The notes under the pieces: model-generated
The model's database searches: none
The model's input: the letters and a program-made list of their open reading frames with translations, nothing else
What the model was told of the DNA's origin: nothing
Made by a program: the position numbers and the translations under genes
In this document: in pieces, positions 10,786 to 22,499 of the stretch
Position numbering within the stretch: position 1 is the first letter of the stretch
Layout of the letters: each line of letters starts with the position of its first letter
NCBI GenBank assembly: GCA_964016885.1
Contig: OZ024740.1
Location: forward strand, 406,534,001 to 406,598,000
DNA length: 64,000 nt
Source: Eledone cirrhosa
Taxonomy: Eukaryota
Direction: 5' to 3'

Positions 10786-12517
10786 ATGAAGAAGATCAAC
10801 AACCTGGCTTCAAAATACCACAACTCATTTACTGATAAGGAAAGAAACTACATCACCAATTTTGAGCCGAAACCCAGCAACCTGTATGGCCTACCGAAAG
10901 TTCATAAGTCAAAAGAAATACAACTGGCAGTAAAAGAACAAAACAGTGAGTACATTAAATTATTACACCCAAAAGACTTAAAACTTAGACCTATTATAGC
11001 TGGTCCAACATGCCCCACCCACCGTCTAAGCAATTTTGTTGACATTATTTTGAAACCACTATGTATCACATACCCAGTTTCATCCGGGATGATATCGACT
11101 TCCTGTCCCATCTTCCCAAAACCACGGAAACGAATTCGCTTCTACTCAGTTTTGATGTGGTAAGCCTTTACACCAACATTACACATGATTTAGGAATAAA
11201 GGCGGTTAAATACTGGGTGGAAAAACATAGAGAAGTGATTCCCATTAGATTCACAGCGCCATTTATATTAGACGCAGTTAAACTTATTCTGGAAAACAAC
11301 ACTTTCTTCTTCAATGGAAAGAATTACATCCAAATTAGAGGCACAGCGATGGGAACGAAGTTTGCTCCCGTTTACGCGAACTCTGTAATGGGATACTTAG
11401 AACAACAACTCTACCAAGAAATAGAGGAAAAATATAGTACTGACTTTAGAAAGTACATTGAAAAATCTTGGAAGAGATACCTTGACGACTGTTTCATCAT
11501 CTGGACAGAATCTCTAGATACTCTGGATGAGTTCAATATCCTCCTGAATAACCTACACCCATCTCTCCAATTCACAAAAGAGATGAGTAGGACCAAATTA
11601 CCATTCCTAGATATAATGATAATCAAAAACGACACCACCATTACCACGGATATATATTATAAACACACAGACACCCATCAATATCTGAATTTTAAGTCGT
11701 GCCATCCACCTCATACAAAACGCAACATCCCATACTGCCTAGCCAGAAGAATTTGTACCATTGTTGAAGATACGAATACCAGGTACAAACGCCTAACAGA
11801 ACTAAGAGAATTTTTGCTCAAACAAAAATACCCATCTCTACTTATAGAAAATGGCATACAGCGGGCTATAAAAATACCTATACAACAACTTAGAACAACC
11901 CAAGGAAGAAGAAACCAAGAACTGGTCATACCATTTATAATGACACACAACCCATGTCACCAGAATATCTTCAACACTACCAAAGCAAACCTACCGATCA
12001 TTGCTCAAAGTAATGAATTAAAAGGCTTAATCACAGATCGATCTTTGACTCTTAGTAAAAGACAGCCAAAAAATTTGAAGCAATTACTAACAAAAGCAAA
12101 GTTAACAACAAAGACCAATCATTCACTGTATCTAAATGCAATGATAGTCGATGCGGCACATGTCAATCCATACACGCCGGTCAATATATGAAAACAAAAA
12201 CTGGAAAAATATTCCCAAATGCAAATATGAACTGCAAAAGCAGAAATCTAATTTACTGCATTAAATGCCTGAATTGTGAAGAACTATATGTCGGTCAAAC
12301 TGGAAATGCACTATCGGAACGTGCACGGGTACACCGTCAACAAATCAGAGACCCAAATGTCCGTCAGATACCCCTAAGCGGCCACCTGGCAACATGTGGT
12401 CAGGGAATATTTATAATATTCCCATTCTACAAATTACACAGCCCAAGTGAAATCAAGAGAAAAATCAAAGAAAAGAATTTTATTGATAAATTCAAACCCA
12501 AGCTAAACGAACAATAA
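10786..12517 (+). pseudogene. PLE reverse transcriptase + GIY-YIG endonuclease; two frameshifts (~11065, ~12115)
   Basis: RT motifs LYGLPKVHK, LRPII, FDVVSLYTNI, GTAMG, RYLDD. Thumb FLDI..YYKHTDTHQYL..SCHP. Linker KCNDSRCGTCQ is in frame with NLIYCIKCLNCEELYVGQTG..R..H (GIY-YIG). Confidence 0.93.
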
Positions 12518-12564
12518 TAACGCTTAGGGGCATTACTTCTACTACCACTATGACCACGACCACT

Positions 12565-12600
<36 letters not shown>

Positions 12601-12909
12601 AATAATAATAATAAAAGTGATGTTGATGGTGATGATTAATAGAAAATGCTATTTTCATCATTTCTAAAAATAGCAAAACAATTGATGCTTTGGATATGAT
12701 CATTGGTCGTTAGCATGCTCAACCAGCCGTGACGCTTAAACCAATCAGCTTTAGTAATTCAGTGAAACTACACACTGATTGGTCGAAATACAGTTTACAG
12801 GGCTTAGCATTCTGGAGCCACTTTTCTCTGTATAAAATGTATAAAAGGTAGGAAATTTACCCATCTCATTACAGTTGAAAATTGCAAACTCGACTGTCAC
12901 CACATATTA

Positions 12910-12948
12910 TGAACCTGAAGATTGCGAAAGCATGAAAGTACTTGCTCA
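12910..12948 (+). ncRNA. Minimal hammerhead ribozyme in the PLE pLTR
   Basis: TGAAC, CTGAAGA, tTGC GAAA GCAt, GAAA, GTAC, TT, GCTCA. Stem I has one mismatch and loop III is palindromic, as is typical of PLE dimeric hammerheads. Confidence 0.75.
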
Positions 12949-13061
12949 ATTAACACTTAGAATTTAATATTCTATCATACTATTTTATTATAATACCATT
13001 ATATATTTTAAAGGATTGTAAATAAAACGAGTAAATCAGACAAAGTTGGAATTCCTCTTAT

Positions 13062-13093
<32 letters not shown>

Positions 13094-13229
13094 GTGTGTG
13101 TGTAAAAGGTAAACAGAAATAACACCAACAGTAAAGTATATGGAAGGAATATATTCTATTGGTCAATTCAAAACCTGTTCCCAAACAGACCTTTTATATT
13201 AATTCTTTGTTTTTTTCAATAAACACATC

Positions 13230-13364
13230 TCATCATTTCTGAGGACGGCATGTATATGTGAAGGTATGTATATTTCCTCTGATAATTTGTAATATTTTTA
13301 CATAGATCTATATGATATACATACAACACACATATACATACCAGAAACGATCGTAAAATGATGA
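13230..13364 (+). ncRNA. Hammerhead ribozyme with long stem II insert
   Basis: Perfect 9-bp stem I TCATCATTT/AAATGATGA, CTGAGGA, 14-bp stem II GGCATGTATATGTG/CACATATACATACC, then GAAA-CGATCG-TA. Confidence 0.85.
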
Positions 13365-13499
13365 ATTTTTTAATATAAGGAACTTGTTCTTTGTTTTTAT
13401 TTCATTGTTTTTATTAATTTATATATATATATATATATATAGACTAAGAAAATACGAAGTAGTTTCAGATATTAAAGTCCTTTATTGATTATTGATAAG

Positions 13500-13574
13500 G
13501 CTGTGATACATGTTTCAATGACAACAATGGCCACACGATTCCGTGTACCCAGTGCCATTACATCATCAGACAGC
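13500..13574 (-). ncRNA. Hammerhead-like motif (minus strand)
   Basis: Minus strand: GCTGT, CTGATGA, stem II AATGGC/GCCATT with inner ACACG/CGTGT, GAAA, CATGTA, TC, ACAGC. Confidence 0.65.
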
Positions 13575-13714
13575 TTCTTACATAATAAGCTTTCGTTCCC
13601 GAGGCAATCCAAATTGAAACGACATATATGTATGTATGTATATATATATATATATAGTGAAAAATGGAACGGGAACAAAACAGAGAGGCAGTACGAACAA
13701 AGGTTTATTAGTTT

Positions 13715-13772
13715 CACGCTCTTGAGAGTGGGGGGGGGGGCGTTTCGGGCATAAGCTCTTCTTCAGGCGAAA
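13715..13772 (-). ncRNA. Degenerate hammerhead core (minus strand)
   Basis: Minus strand: CTGAAGA-AGAGCTTATGCCC-GAAACG. The cleavage triplet and stem I are not cleanly recoverable. Confidence 0.45.
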
Positions 13773-14144
13773 AGTGTGTGGGAAGAGAGTTCCATGGGTG
13801 TGTAGGGGAGTTGGGGAGAGACATTTAGAAAAGAGGGGGTGAAAGGAAACGGTGGAAGTGGTACAAATGAAAATAAATATGAAAAAAAATATGAAAAAAT
13901 AATAATATATATATATATATGAAAATTTTGGAACCCCGACGGCTGGGCTCCTGTCATTTCAACAGCTAGATCTCAAATATTTCATATTACCCATTCTACT
14001 ACCCCAAGTATCGAGTACTCTGGTGAGTAATGGTCTAACAAGTTTTTACTGTATCCATTCCGATTTATATATATATATATATATGAGTGCTTCCAATCTA
14101 TTGTAAAACTCATTCTTTGATTTATTCATTGAACCTTGTTTAAC

Positions 14145-14181
<37 letters not shown>

Positions 14182-14185
<4 letters not shown>

Positions 14186-14310
14186 GGGCGGTGGAACTGG
14201 GAGGGCAGAGGATACATGCGTCCCTCCCCCATTAATTATATTTTTCTCACAAAACTACAACAAAAAAATTCTATTTGTATATGCGCTATAATTTACGTAC
14301 ATGTTATGTA
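14182..14310 (+). mobile_element. Putative end of a non-autonomous DNA transposon (hAT-like), homologous to 21772-21875
   Basis: Both copies share GGTGGAACT..TCC(C)TC..TTATATTTT..CAAACTAC..CTATTTG.ATATGCGCTA.AATTT..GTACATGTT. Confidence 0.5.
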
Positions 14311-14322
14311 GAGTCACAGGGG

Positions 14323-14521
14323 AGAGATAGACATAGATATAGAGAGGGGGATTGGAAAATGTTCCTTGTAGTAGCTATACAGAGGGGAAGAGTTTGGCGT
14401 TAATTGATATAGAGAGGAGGATTGGAAGAGAGTTCCATGTAGTAGATATACTGAGGGAGAGAGTTTGGCGTTAATTGATATAAAGAGAGGGGTTGGAAGA
14501 GAGTTCCGTGTAGTAGATATA
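14323..14521 (+). repeat. Minisatellite (~39+32-bp alternating units starting GATATAGAGAGGGG), left part
   Basis: GATATAGAGAGGGGGATTGGAAGAGAGTTCCGTGTAGTA alternates with GATATAGAGAGGGGGAGAGTTTGGCGTTAATT. The repeat continues at 20262-20530. Confidence 0.8.
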
Positions 14522-14789
14522 TATATCTATTTATTTGCCACCAGGGCATCAAAGATTGGAACAAATACAAAGGGGAGAGTTTACATACATTTAAAAAGAC
14601 GTGTAAAAAAGATATAACAAATTAAATTTAACAATCGATGTCCTCAATAGGGAGGGGCGTTGACATGGGTCGCACCCCCCCCCCCGAAAAAATGTGCAAC
14701 CCTCCTCTTCAGGAGCACAAAGAGCGGGTGCTTCCTTCCTCTTCTCATTCTTCTCCTCTCTCACCTACAGGCTGATATAGAGAGAAGGC

Positions 14790-17700
14790 CCATTCACTCG
14801 GGCCATTCTCACTACTTTCACCCACCTTTCATAAAACTTGCTGGGGTAGAGCACCTCTCTCTCCATTCTGATCCTTCTTCTAAAGTGGAAAAAAAGACCA
14901 GTTGTTGGCCAGAGAGAAAGGTGTCTGACCTCAGCCCTTTCAACCTTGTCCACCATACAACTTCTTTCGCCATAGCTATCACACAGAGGAAAACCGCCTC
15001 TCCTTCGTTTTTGAAAGGGGGAGGCGGTTTGATCGTGACAATGTTCTCGGTGGTCAACCGGATTGGTCCCACCCGCGACAGTAGTCGTTCCACATAGCCC
15101 CACAGGTCAGCAACGCCCGGGCAGTGTACGAATGCGTGTGCGACGGTTTCCTCGTCACGCACGCATCTCGGACAGATCTTCTTCGAGGGGTCCCTACCCG
15201 GGCGCCCGTGTCTGTAGAGATTGTCCCGAACGGGTAGAGATCCTCGGTAACATTGCCAAGCCAGGGACTTTTGGAAGTTGTCCATCGGTCCCGGGCCAAA
15301 CGTCCTACCGAACAGACTGGCCAGCTCATCTTCCTTCATGCTCAGAGCCTCTCCGAGAGCGTCATCGCACTTACTGCGCACCAACCCTCTATAGAATGTT
15401 GAGGTTGAGTCTCCACTGATTGCCGGATCCGCTTGCCAGAGGGCCGTGAGCGCCTGGGCACATTCAATGTGCCAGTCGTCCACTTTTCTCGGTCTTTGCT
15501 TGACCCAGGATTGCAGCTCGGTGAGTGAGACGAGTCTCGGAAAGGCTCGCCTCACAAAAAGGGCCCACACCGGCTGACCGGGGAGGAATACCTGGAGGTT
15601 CCGTAGCCTTAATGCGTGTCTACGCATCGTCAGCCACGGTATCCCCAGCCCTCCGTTCGAAGGGTGTTGACAGCAGATGGATCTTCTCACCAAAAGGAGC
15701 CCGCTTCTCCCAAAGAAATCGGAAGAGCACGCGCTCCATTTTGGCGAGTGTTTTCTCTGGGCAAGGCACGACGGTCAGGCGGTAGTAGATGACGGACGCT
15801 ATATAAGCGTTCGCCACCTCCGCTCGACCTTTCAGGGATAGTTTGCACTCGGCCCACTTCTGGGCAAGTGCAAACACCTTGCCCGTTACCTCGTCCCAGT
15901 TTTTCTCCACCTGGAGGTCCTGTCCGAATCAGACCCCGAGCAGCTTCACCGGTCCCTCCGTCCAGCGTCCGACGATGCCGTCGGAGGGCATCGGTTTTCC
16001 CCTCCACGTTCCGAGCTGCAAACCGACGGACTTGTCCCGGTTCAGCTTGGCTCCTGTGAACCTTTCATATTCCTCCAGTAAGGTGCCGATCTGCCCGATT
16101 TCCGAGGCGCACGACACCATTACTGTCACGTCATCGGCGTAGGCCGACACCGCTTTCCGCAATCCCGGTTCCAAGGGGATGCCCTGCAACAGCTCCAGCT
16201 TCCGCAGTAGTGGCTCGAGAGCCAGTACATACAGGAGGGAGGAGAGAGGGCATCCCTGTCGGATGGATCGCGTGATTTGGAACGGCTTCGAGCAGGTGTT
16301 GCTGCTGTGCATTGCAGCAATCCAGCCCCTGAAAACGGGTCCGAAGCCTGCCGCCGCGAGCACCGCATCTAGGTACCGATGGTCAACCTTATCGAACGCC
16401 TTAGATTGATCCAAGTTGATCAGGACCCCACCAAAGCCGGGTTCGTTCCCTACCCTCTCTAGGATGTATCGCATGAGGTGGAGGTTGTCGTGTATGGACC
16501 TGGACGGGATTGCGCATGTCTGCGCTTCTCCCACTATGTTCCCGACGACAAGCGCCAACCTCTTCGCTAACACCTTGGCCAAAATCTTTAACTCTGTGTT
16601 TAGCAGAGTTATGGGCCTGAAGTTATCTATGTCATCCCCCTTGTTCTCGTCCTTCCTCACCAGAACTTGGTCACAGAACTGGGAATTCTCCCGTTCTGTT
16701 GCCAGTTGCAGTAGACCGCCTCGAGGAGACCGGAGAACAAGCCCGGCATCGCTACATAAAGTTCGTATGGTAGACCATCGAGACCCGGAGATTTGCGTTT
16801 GCCGCATTGGCTCAGCGCTTCCCCTATTTCAGCGGCTGAAATCGGCCTCTCGCAGGACTTCGCCTCCCCGTCCGAGAGCCGCGCCAGACCGTCGAGGTAT
16901 GGACCGAAATCCATGGCCCCACCCGGCCCTCCGCCCCTCCCGAACAGTCGTGCAAAGCGCCGTTGAAAGGCCGCGCTCATCCGCTCAGGTTCAAGGATCA
17001 CGCGTCCATCCTGGTCCTTCAAAGACGGAATCGTGGACTTGTTTCCACTTTTTGCCTCTGTTGCTCGGGCCCAGCTAACAGCTTTGGCTCCCTCGTTACC
17101 CAGAGCACGTATTTTACTCCTGACAACGCAGCCCTCGTGCTTCGCATCAAAGAACAGGTCTAGGGCCGTTCTTGACGCCAGCACGCCGGCCACGTTGCCA
17201 CTCCTAATCGCCTCTTCTACTCTATTTGTTAATTCCCTTTCAGTTCTATTCCTATCAGATGCTAATTCCCGACTAAAACCTATCGATTATATTCTAATTT
17301 CTCTCTTGAGAGAGCCCCACCACCTGCTGTTGACAATTGCCCCCGTCAAACGCTGCTTAACTAGTGTGCTAATCCGCTTACTGTAAGCTTTGTTTGTCGG
17401 TAAAGACAAGTTTAGCTTCCAGTAACCCGGTCCCTGTCTATGAGTTCTATCAAGGTTGACCACTCCGATCACCAACTTGTGATCCGAATAGGCAACCATG
17501 AACATTCGTGGACAGCTTAATATGTCCCTATCCTTATTTCTAACTAAGAACCTATCTAGGTACGACCTAGATGTTCCGCTGCGATTAGTTCACGTCCACA
17601 GTGGCACAGTCGGAAAATCTAGTCGATATCTATCGGCCAGATCAAATCGGCCGATTAATCGTTTGAGACTGTTACACCCCTCTATCGGGGCATGCCCCTA

Positions 17701-18161
17701 CATAGTCCCAACGTGCATCCAGGATACCATTCCAGTCCCCCACTAAAAGCAAGGAGCGAGACGTTCCCAGGAAATTCTCCAGGCGTCGGAAGAAGTCCGG
17801 TCGCGGTGTCCCAGATGGGGCATACGCTGCCACCAGCCTGAAAGCTCCACCTTCACCACTGCCGACGTCTAAAACCACCAGTCGACCCTCCGGGTCCAGG
17901 TGTACCTTCTGTGTGGCAAGACCCAGGTATTTTCGCAGCAGAACAACAACCCCACCCCCACCCCTTGGCTGACAGAGGGATGGATGCGTAGATCTCAAAG
18001 TCGTCGAAGATGGGGGCCAGTTGGCGCTCGCTGCTGATCCTGGACTCGCAAATAACCATTACATCCACTCTGTGCGACCTGGGGTCATTTAAGAGTTTGC
18101 CCTGTTTCCAGGACATCCCCAGGCCACGTGCAGTCACACATCCAACTCTTATATTGGCCAT
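14790..18161 (-). pseudogene. Tx1 ORF2: AP endonuclease, reverse transcriptase, C-terminal zinc finger; multiple frameshifts
   Basis: APE: ARGL..VICESR, YAP, GDWN, SDH, GYWKLN. RT: KSPGLDGLPYELY, FRPITLLNTELKILAK, LDQSKAFDKVDH, RQGCPLS, YADD. Zinc finger: CPRC..ETVAHAFVHC. Confidence 0.93.
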
Positions 18162-18203
18162 GTTGGTGCTGAAGAGTTAAAAAGGAAGAGGAAAGGAAAT
18201 TAC

Positions 18204-20058
18204 TTACCTCTTCGTCTCCTGGGGACCAGGCTGCACAATTTCCATGGGGGTGTTGGAAGGGTTGTTTGGTGGGGTGGTGGTTTGTGGTGGGGTGAGGACA
18301 TCAGTGTGTGGTGGGATTAGGGTGTTTGGTGGGGTGTAGGTGTCTGGTGTGGGGGTGGGGAAACATCTCAATAGGACGTTGTTAAGTGGTTTGGTGCAGT
18401 TGGTCCCCACATGCATTGGATGGTTCTTTTTCAAAGTTACATAGGTTTCCGTTGGGACCCTAATCATCATTAGGTGCGGTTTGTTCGCTGCGTAGGTGAA
18501 AGTGATCCCTTCGGTTTCCACCGAAGGGTTATTTTCTATTGCTTTCATCAAAGTTTTATTGTTCTTGTTAATGTATGTATAGAGTTTTTGTTGTGTTGTG
18601 TTTGTTTTTGTTTGTTGTTCTTGTGCGTGTTTGCGTTTTGTAGTATGTGTTATGTTTTAGGGAGGGGTGGGTTTTTTTGTTTGTGATGTTTGTTCTGTTT
18701 GTGCTGGTGGTTGTGTGTTTGTAGCATTTTTGTTAATGTGGTGCCTTTTTTTTTCCTTTTCACCTGTTGAAAGGGTTCTCCCTCGTCGTCACTGGGTGAC
18801 GTTGATACGGAGTCCTCTTCCGTGTTGTTGGGGAGGGGTATATTTTGGGGTTTTGTTGTGGTTGCTTTTGTATTTGTTTTAGGTGGGGAGAGGTTGGGTG
18901 GAAAAGTGTTTTGTGTTGTTATTTTTCCGTGTTGTTGTGGTTGTTGTTGTTGTTGCTGTTGTTGTTGTTGTGGTGGTGGTGGTGATGGTGGTGGTGGTGG
19001 TGGTGGTGGTGGTGGTGGTTGTGTTGTTGTGTTCGGGGTTGGCAGAAGAGCCTTTTTTTTTTACTCATTAATTGAGGACAGGCAGCCCTCAGGTGACCCC
19101 TGCTTAAGCAGTGGTAACATGACGGCCGCCTTCCCTCCACTGAAATGTTTATATAAGTTAGCCCGTCCAGAGGCACGCGTTGTGGGATATTCGCTATTCG
19201 TTCTGGGCTCATTTGCACCAGAACTTCTACGCTGGTTCCACCAAATACACCTCCGGAGGACTTTCCTATTGAAATTATCCTGTCTTCATCAAAGTCAATG
19301 ATTGCACATAGTATCCACCAAATATTTACATTTGGTGTGATACTCATAATGTTTATTCTTTGTGTCCTTTTTCCCCTGTATGTGGGGAAAAAGGTGAAGC
19401 GGGGGGACACAATGGGTGATACCGAGTATTTTTGTGCTGTTGACTGGTTATTCATTAGCACCGAAATGCTACCAAACAGTTTTCCTTTTTGTATGAAGAT
19501 TATGTCCTTCATTGCATCTTTTAGAACCAGCTCATTTTCATTTTGTGATAATTGAGCTGGTTTTCTTGTTTCGTTCGATACTGTCCTGAAAACTGTGGTT
19601 TTCAGGACAGCCTCTCTACGTAATTCCTGTGGAGAATTTATGCTAAAAGCACCGTTTTCGCCAAAAGTCACGAATTGTTTTGCATCTTGTAGTAGTTGTT
19701 TAGCCTTTGTTATGTCAATTGGCGTGTATAGTTCGTTTTTTTTTTACAGTCTGTGCGAACGTTGTTTTGGTGTTGTTGTCTTTTTTGTTGCTGTTGTTGT
19801 TGTCACTGTTGGTAATATTGTTCATGTTTTCCTTGGTGTTGCTATTGTTGCAGTTGTTGGTTGTGGTGTTATTGTCATTGTTCTTGTTGTTGGTGCTGGT
19901 ATTATTTACCGGGTTTGGTTTCGTGGTTTCAATATTTTCAACGTTTTTCGATAATGCGAGGGGGAAGGCTGCAAGCTTTGTACTCCTACCTTCCCTCCAC
20001 CACTTTTCTTAGTGAACGTGGCACTCACGACAGTGTGCGAGGTTGAAATGGCATCCAT
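18204..20058 (-). pseudogene. Tx1 ORF1 (gag-like, CCHC zinc knuckle, Asn/Thr/His-rich low complexity); frameshifted
   Basis: VEGRRPSCYHCLSRGHLRAACP in ORF 18919-19671. Further fragments at 18204-18551 and upstream. The start position is approximate. Confidence 0.8.
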
Positions 20059-20261
20059 TGCTGACTACCAAGTCTACACAGTTTTGAGATGAAAATGAAA
20101 ATTTCGCCCCAGAAAAGGGCGAAAATTAGTTGACTCAACGTCTGAAGGCCCAGGCAAGGGGTTAAACTAAACAATGCTATTAAATTGAGCAATGAACTCA
20201 CAGTTTTTTTGACAATAATCCGTAAAAGTTCGGAGCGAAGTAATTCACGTCTATATCAAGT

Positions 20262-20530
20262 GGTAATTGATATAGAGAGGGTCATTGGAAGAAAGTCCCG
20301 TGTTGTAGATATAGAGAGGGGGATTGGGAGAGTGTATTGTATATTTGATATAGAGAGGGGGAGAGATTGATGTAGAGATTGTAGAGCGGGGTATTGGAAG
20401 AGATTTCCGTGCATTAGATATAGAGAGGGGGGGGGGGGAGTTTGGTGTTAATTGATATAGAGAGAGGGATTGGAAGAGAGTACCGTGTAGTAGATATAGA
20501 GAGGGGGAGAGTTTGGTGGTTGTAGATATA
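20262..20530 (+). repeat. Minisatellite, right part (same family as 14323-14521)
   Basis: Repeated GATATAGAGAGGGG units. Confidence 0.8.
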
Positions 20531-20853
20531 CAGAATCAGTATAGTGTACGTTCGTAAATATGGGATTTCTTGTAATGTTTTTCTTGTCATATATAATGGT
20601 TTTTTTTAAAGTAAAATGAAATTATTATTAGATTCTCCAGCTGCTGTATCAATATGAATCACTTGCAGTAAAATTTCGCCGGAGATAGATTAGCAAAATT
20701 TAATAAGTGGGTTAGGGGTGTGGGTGGAATAAAAACTGGGGGGGGGGGGGCAAATTAATAAACAGGGGTGAGGACGATTATTCAAGACCTGAGAGTACGT
20801 GAATTATTGACGGACGTAAGAATGGAAACTCAATACCGAAGTAGAGTTTAAAT

Positions 20854-20985
20854 ATTCATTTATTATGGCTAATCCTTGTTACTCTGGAGTCTCACCTGCG
20901 TATTCACCAGAGAGGACTGGTGATCCTGTGAGTGCGCAGGTGAAACTTTAGAATAACAAAACTCACCAATAGCCATAATAAATGA

Positions 20986-20987
<2 letters not shown>
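20854..20987. repeat. 134-bp imperfect foldback
   Basis: Outer arms ATTCATTTATTATGGCTA/TAGCCATAATAAATGAAT. Inner arms TCACCTGCG/CGCAGGTGA and TCACCAG/CTGGTGA. Confidence 0.8.
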
Positions 20988-21019
<32 letters not shown>

Positions 21020-21028
<9 letters not shown>

Positions 21029-21444
21029 TAAACAAATAATGAATAAAACAATGAAACAGTTCCTTATATTAAACAAAAAAAGTTCATTATTTAACGATCG
21101 TTTCTAGGATATATATGTGTTAGAATTGGCATGCACATTCAACAGATCTATGTACAAAATTATACAAAATTATACAAACTATCAAGATTAAATGTACATA
21201 CCAAACACACACATACGCCGTCTTCAGAAATTATTTCTGAAGACGGCGTATGTGTCTGTTTGGTATGTACATTTAATCTTGATAGTTTGTATAATTTTGT
21301 ATAATTTTGTACATAGATCTGTTGAATGTGCATGCCAATTCTAACACATATATATCCTAGAAACGATCGTTAAATAATGAACTTTTTTTGTTTAATATAA
21401 GGAACTGTTTCATTGTTTTATTCATTATTTGTTTAATATTTTAT
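21020..21444. repeat. 425-bp near-perfect palindrome (212-bp arms, centre 21232)
   Basis: The arms are reverse complements with one visible mismatch and a 1-nt spacer. Confidence 0.95.
21230..21378 (+). ncRNA. Hammerhead ribozyme, same family as 13230-13364 (mirror copy on minus strand ~21086-21234)
   Basis: ATTATTT, CTGAAGA, CGGCGTATGTGT..ACACATATATATCC, GAAA, CGATCG, TT, AAATAAT. Confidence 0.8.
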
Positions 21445-21575
21445 CTTGACTCTGTATACCGTTTATCTTTCACCGAAAGTGATTTTTCATTACATCTCTT
21501 CTTTCCATGATATCCGGAATACATTGAGTTCTTCATACGGATTGGACACTACCGTAAACTCTTGGTAGATTTATC

Positions 21576-21665
<90 letters not shown>

Positions 21666-21949
21666 TGTACAAATTGGGTATAATACCTTTTTCTTACCAA
21701 ATGCGAAGAAGCTCGATACATTAACCCGTTAGGAAAGGACACAGAGCATAATTTTTTAAAATTTTATATATACAGTGGTGGTGGAACTTCATGTCCTCTT
21801 CTAATAGTTATATTTTCCCGCAAACTACCAAAACAAACCTATTTGGATATGCGCTACAATTTGTGTACATGTTGTTTATCGCATATCGAAGTTTTCTGAC
21901 CATTTTAGAGTGCAAAGGTCTAAACTAATCACTACAACTAACGGATTAC

Positions 21950-22145
21950 CTGCGAGATGGAATGGCTCTTCCAGCGCATCTCCCTTACATCCTCCGGGGA
22001 AACGCCTTCTCCATTCTGTCCGCCGGGGCTGTGGGACGGCCAGCACGTGGGACCCCATTTGCTCACTATACAGAGAGACGGGGAGGTCGAGAGAGATGGT
22101 GGCGATGACGGTGGGAATTCGGCTCTTCCGTGTTTGGAAGAGTGT
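21950..22145 (+). mobile_element. 3'-end fragment of a CRE-like non-LTR element
   Basis: REMEWLFQRISL..LRGNAFSILSAGAV, homologous to 27600-27680 and 28075-28290. Confidence 0.75.
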
Positions 22146-22499
22146 ATAACAATAAGTTATTAAATAATGATGGTAGTATTTAATATTTGTATATCTGTAT
22201 CAACAGAGGTCACCAATATAGCAGGCGTTTAATAGTCACCAGTTTAGTTGTTAAATAATATTATGCCATGTAATAATAATGATGTATTTTGTTGTAGCAG
22301 GAAAGGTATGGTTTCATCATCATCATCATTTCCTTTTACGTCCGCTTTTTCCCTGCTTGCAAGAGTGGGACGGGAACTGATTCTGGCTTGATTTCTACAG
22401 CTGGATGCCCTTCCTAACACCAACCTCATTTACAGTGAGTGCTGGGTGCTTTTTTGCCGTGGCACCTCCACGACCACTTTGCAGTGGAATGATATGGAT

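Larger units (their letters stand above)
10774..13063 (+). mobile_element. Penelope-like retroelement (Neptune-type), 5'-truncated, flanked by (TA)n
   Basis: RT and GIY-YIG coding region, (AAC)n/(AAT)n tract, and a 3' pLTR with a hammerhead. Confidence 0.92.
14528..20251 (-). mobile_element. Full-length degenerate Tx1/L1-clade LINE, 5.7 kb, candidate TSD TATATC
   Basis: ORF1 has a CCHC knuckle and ORF2 has APE, RT and zinc-finger domains. 3' tail AAATAAATA; 5' end GACGTG..CGCTCC. TATATC at 14522-14527 and 20252-20257. Confidence 0.9.

Noticed and set aside
14660-19954. Plus-strand ORFs of 60-220 aa
   Set aside because: These are antisense shadows of the GC-rich Tx1 ORFs or translations of microsatellites.
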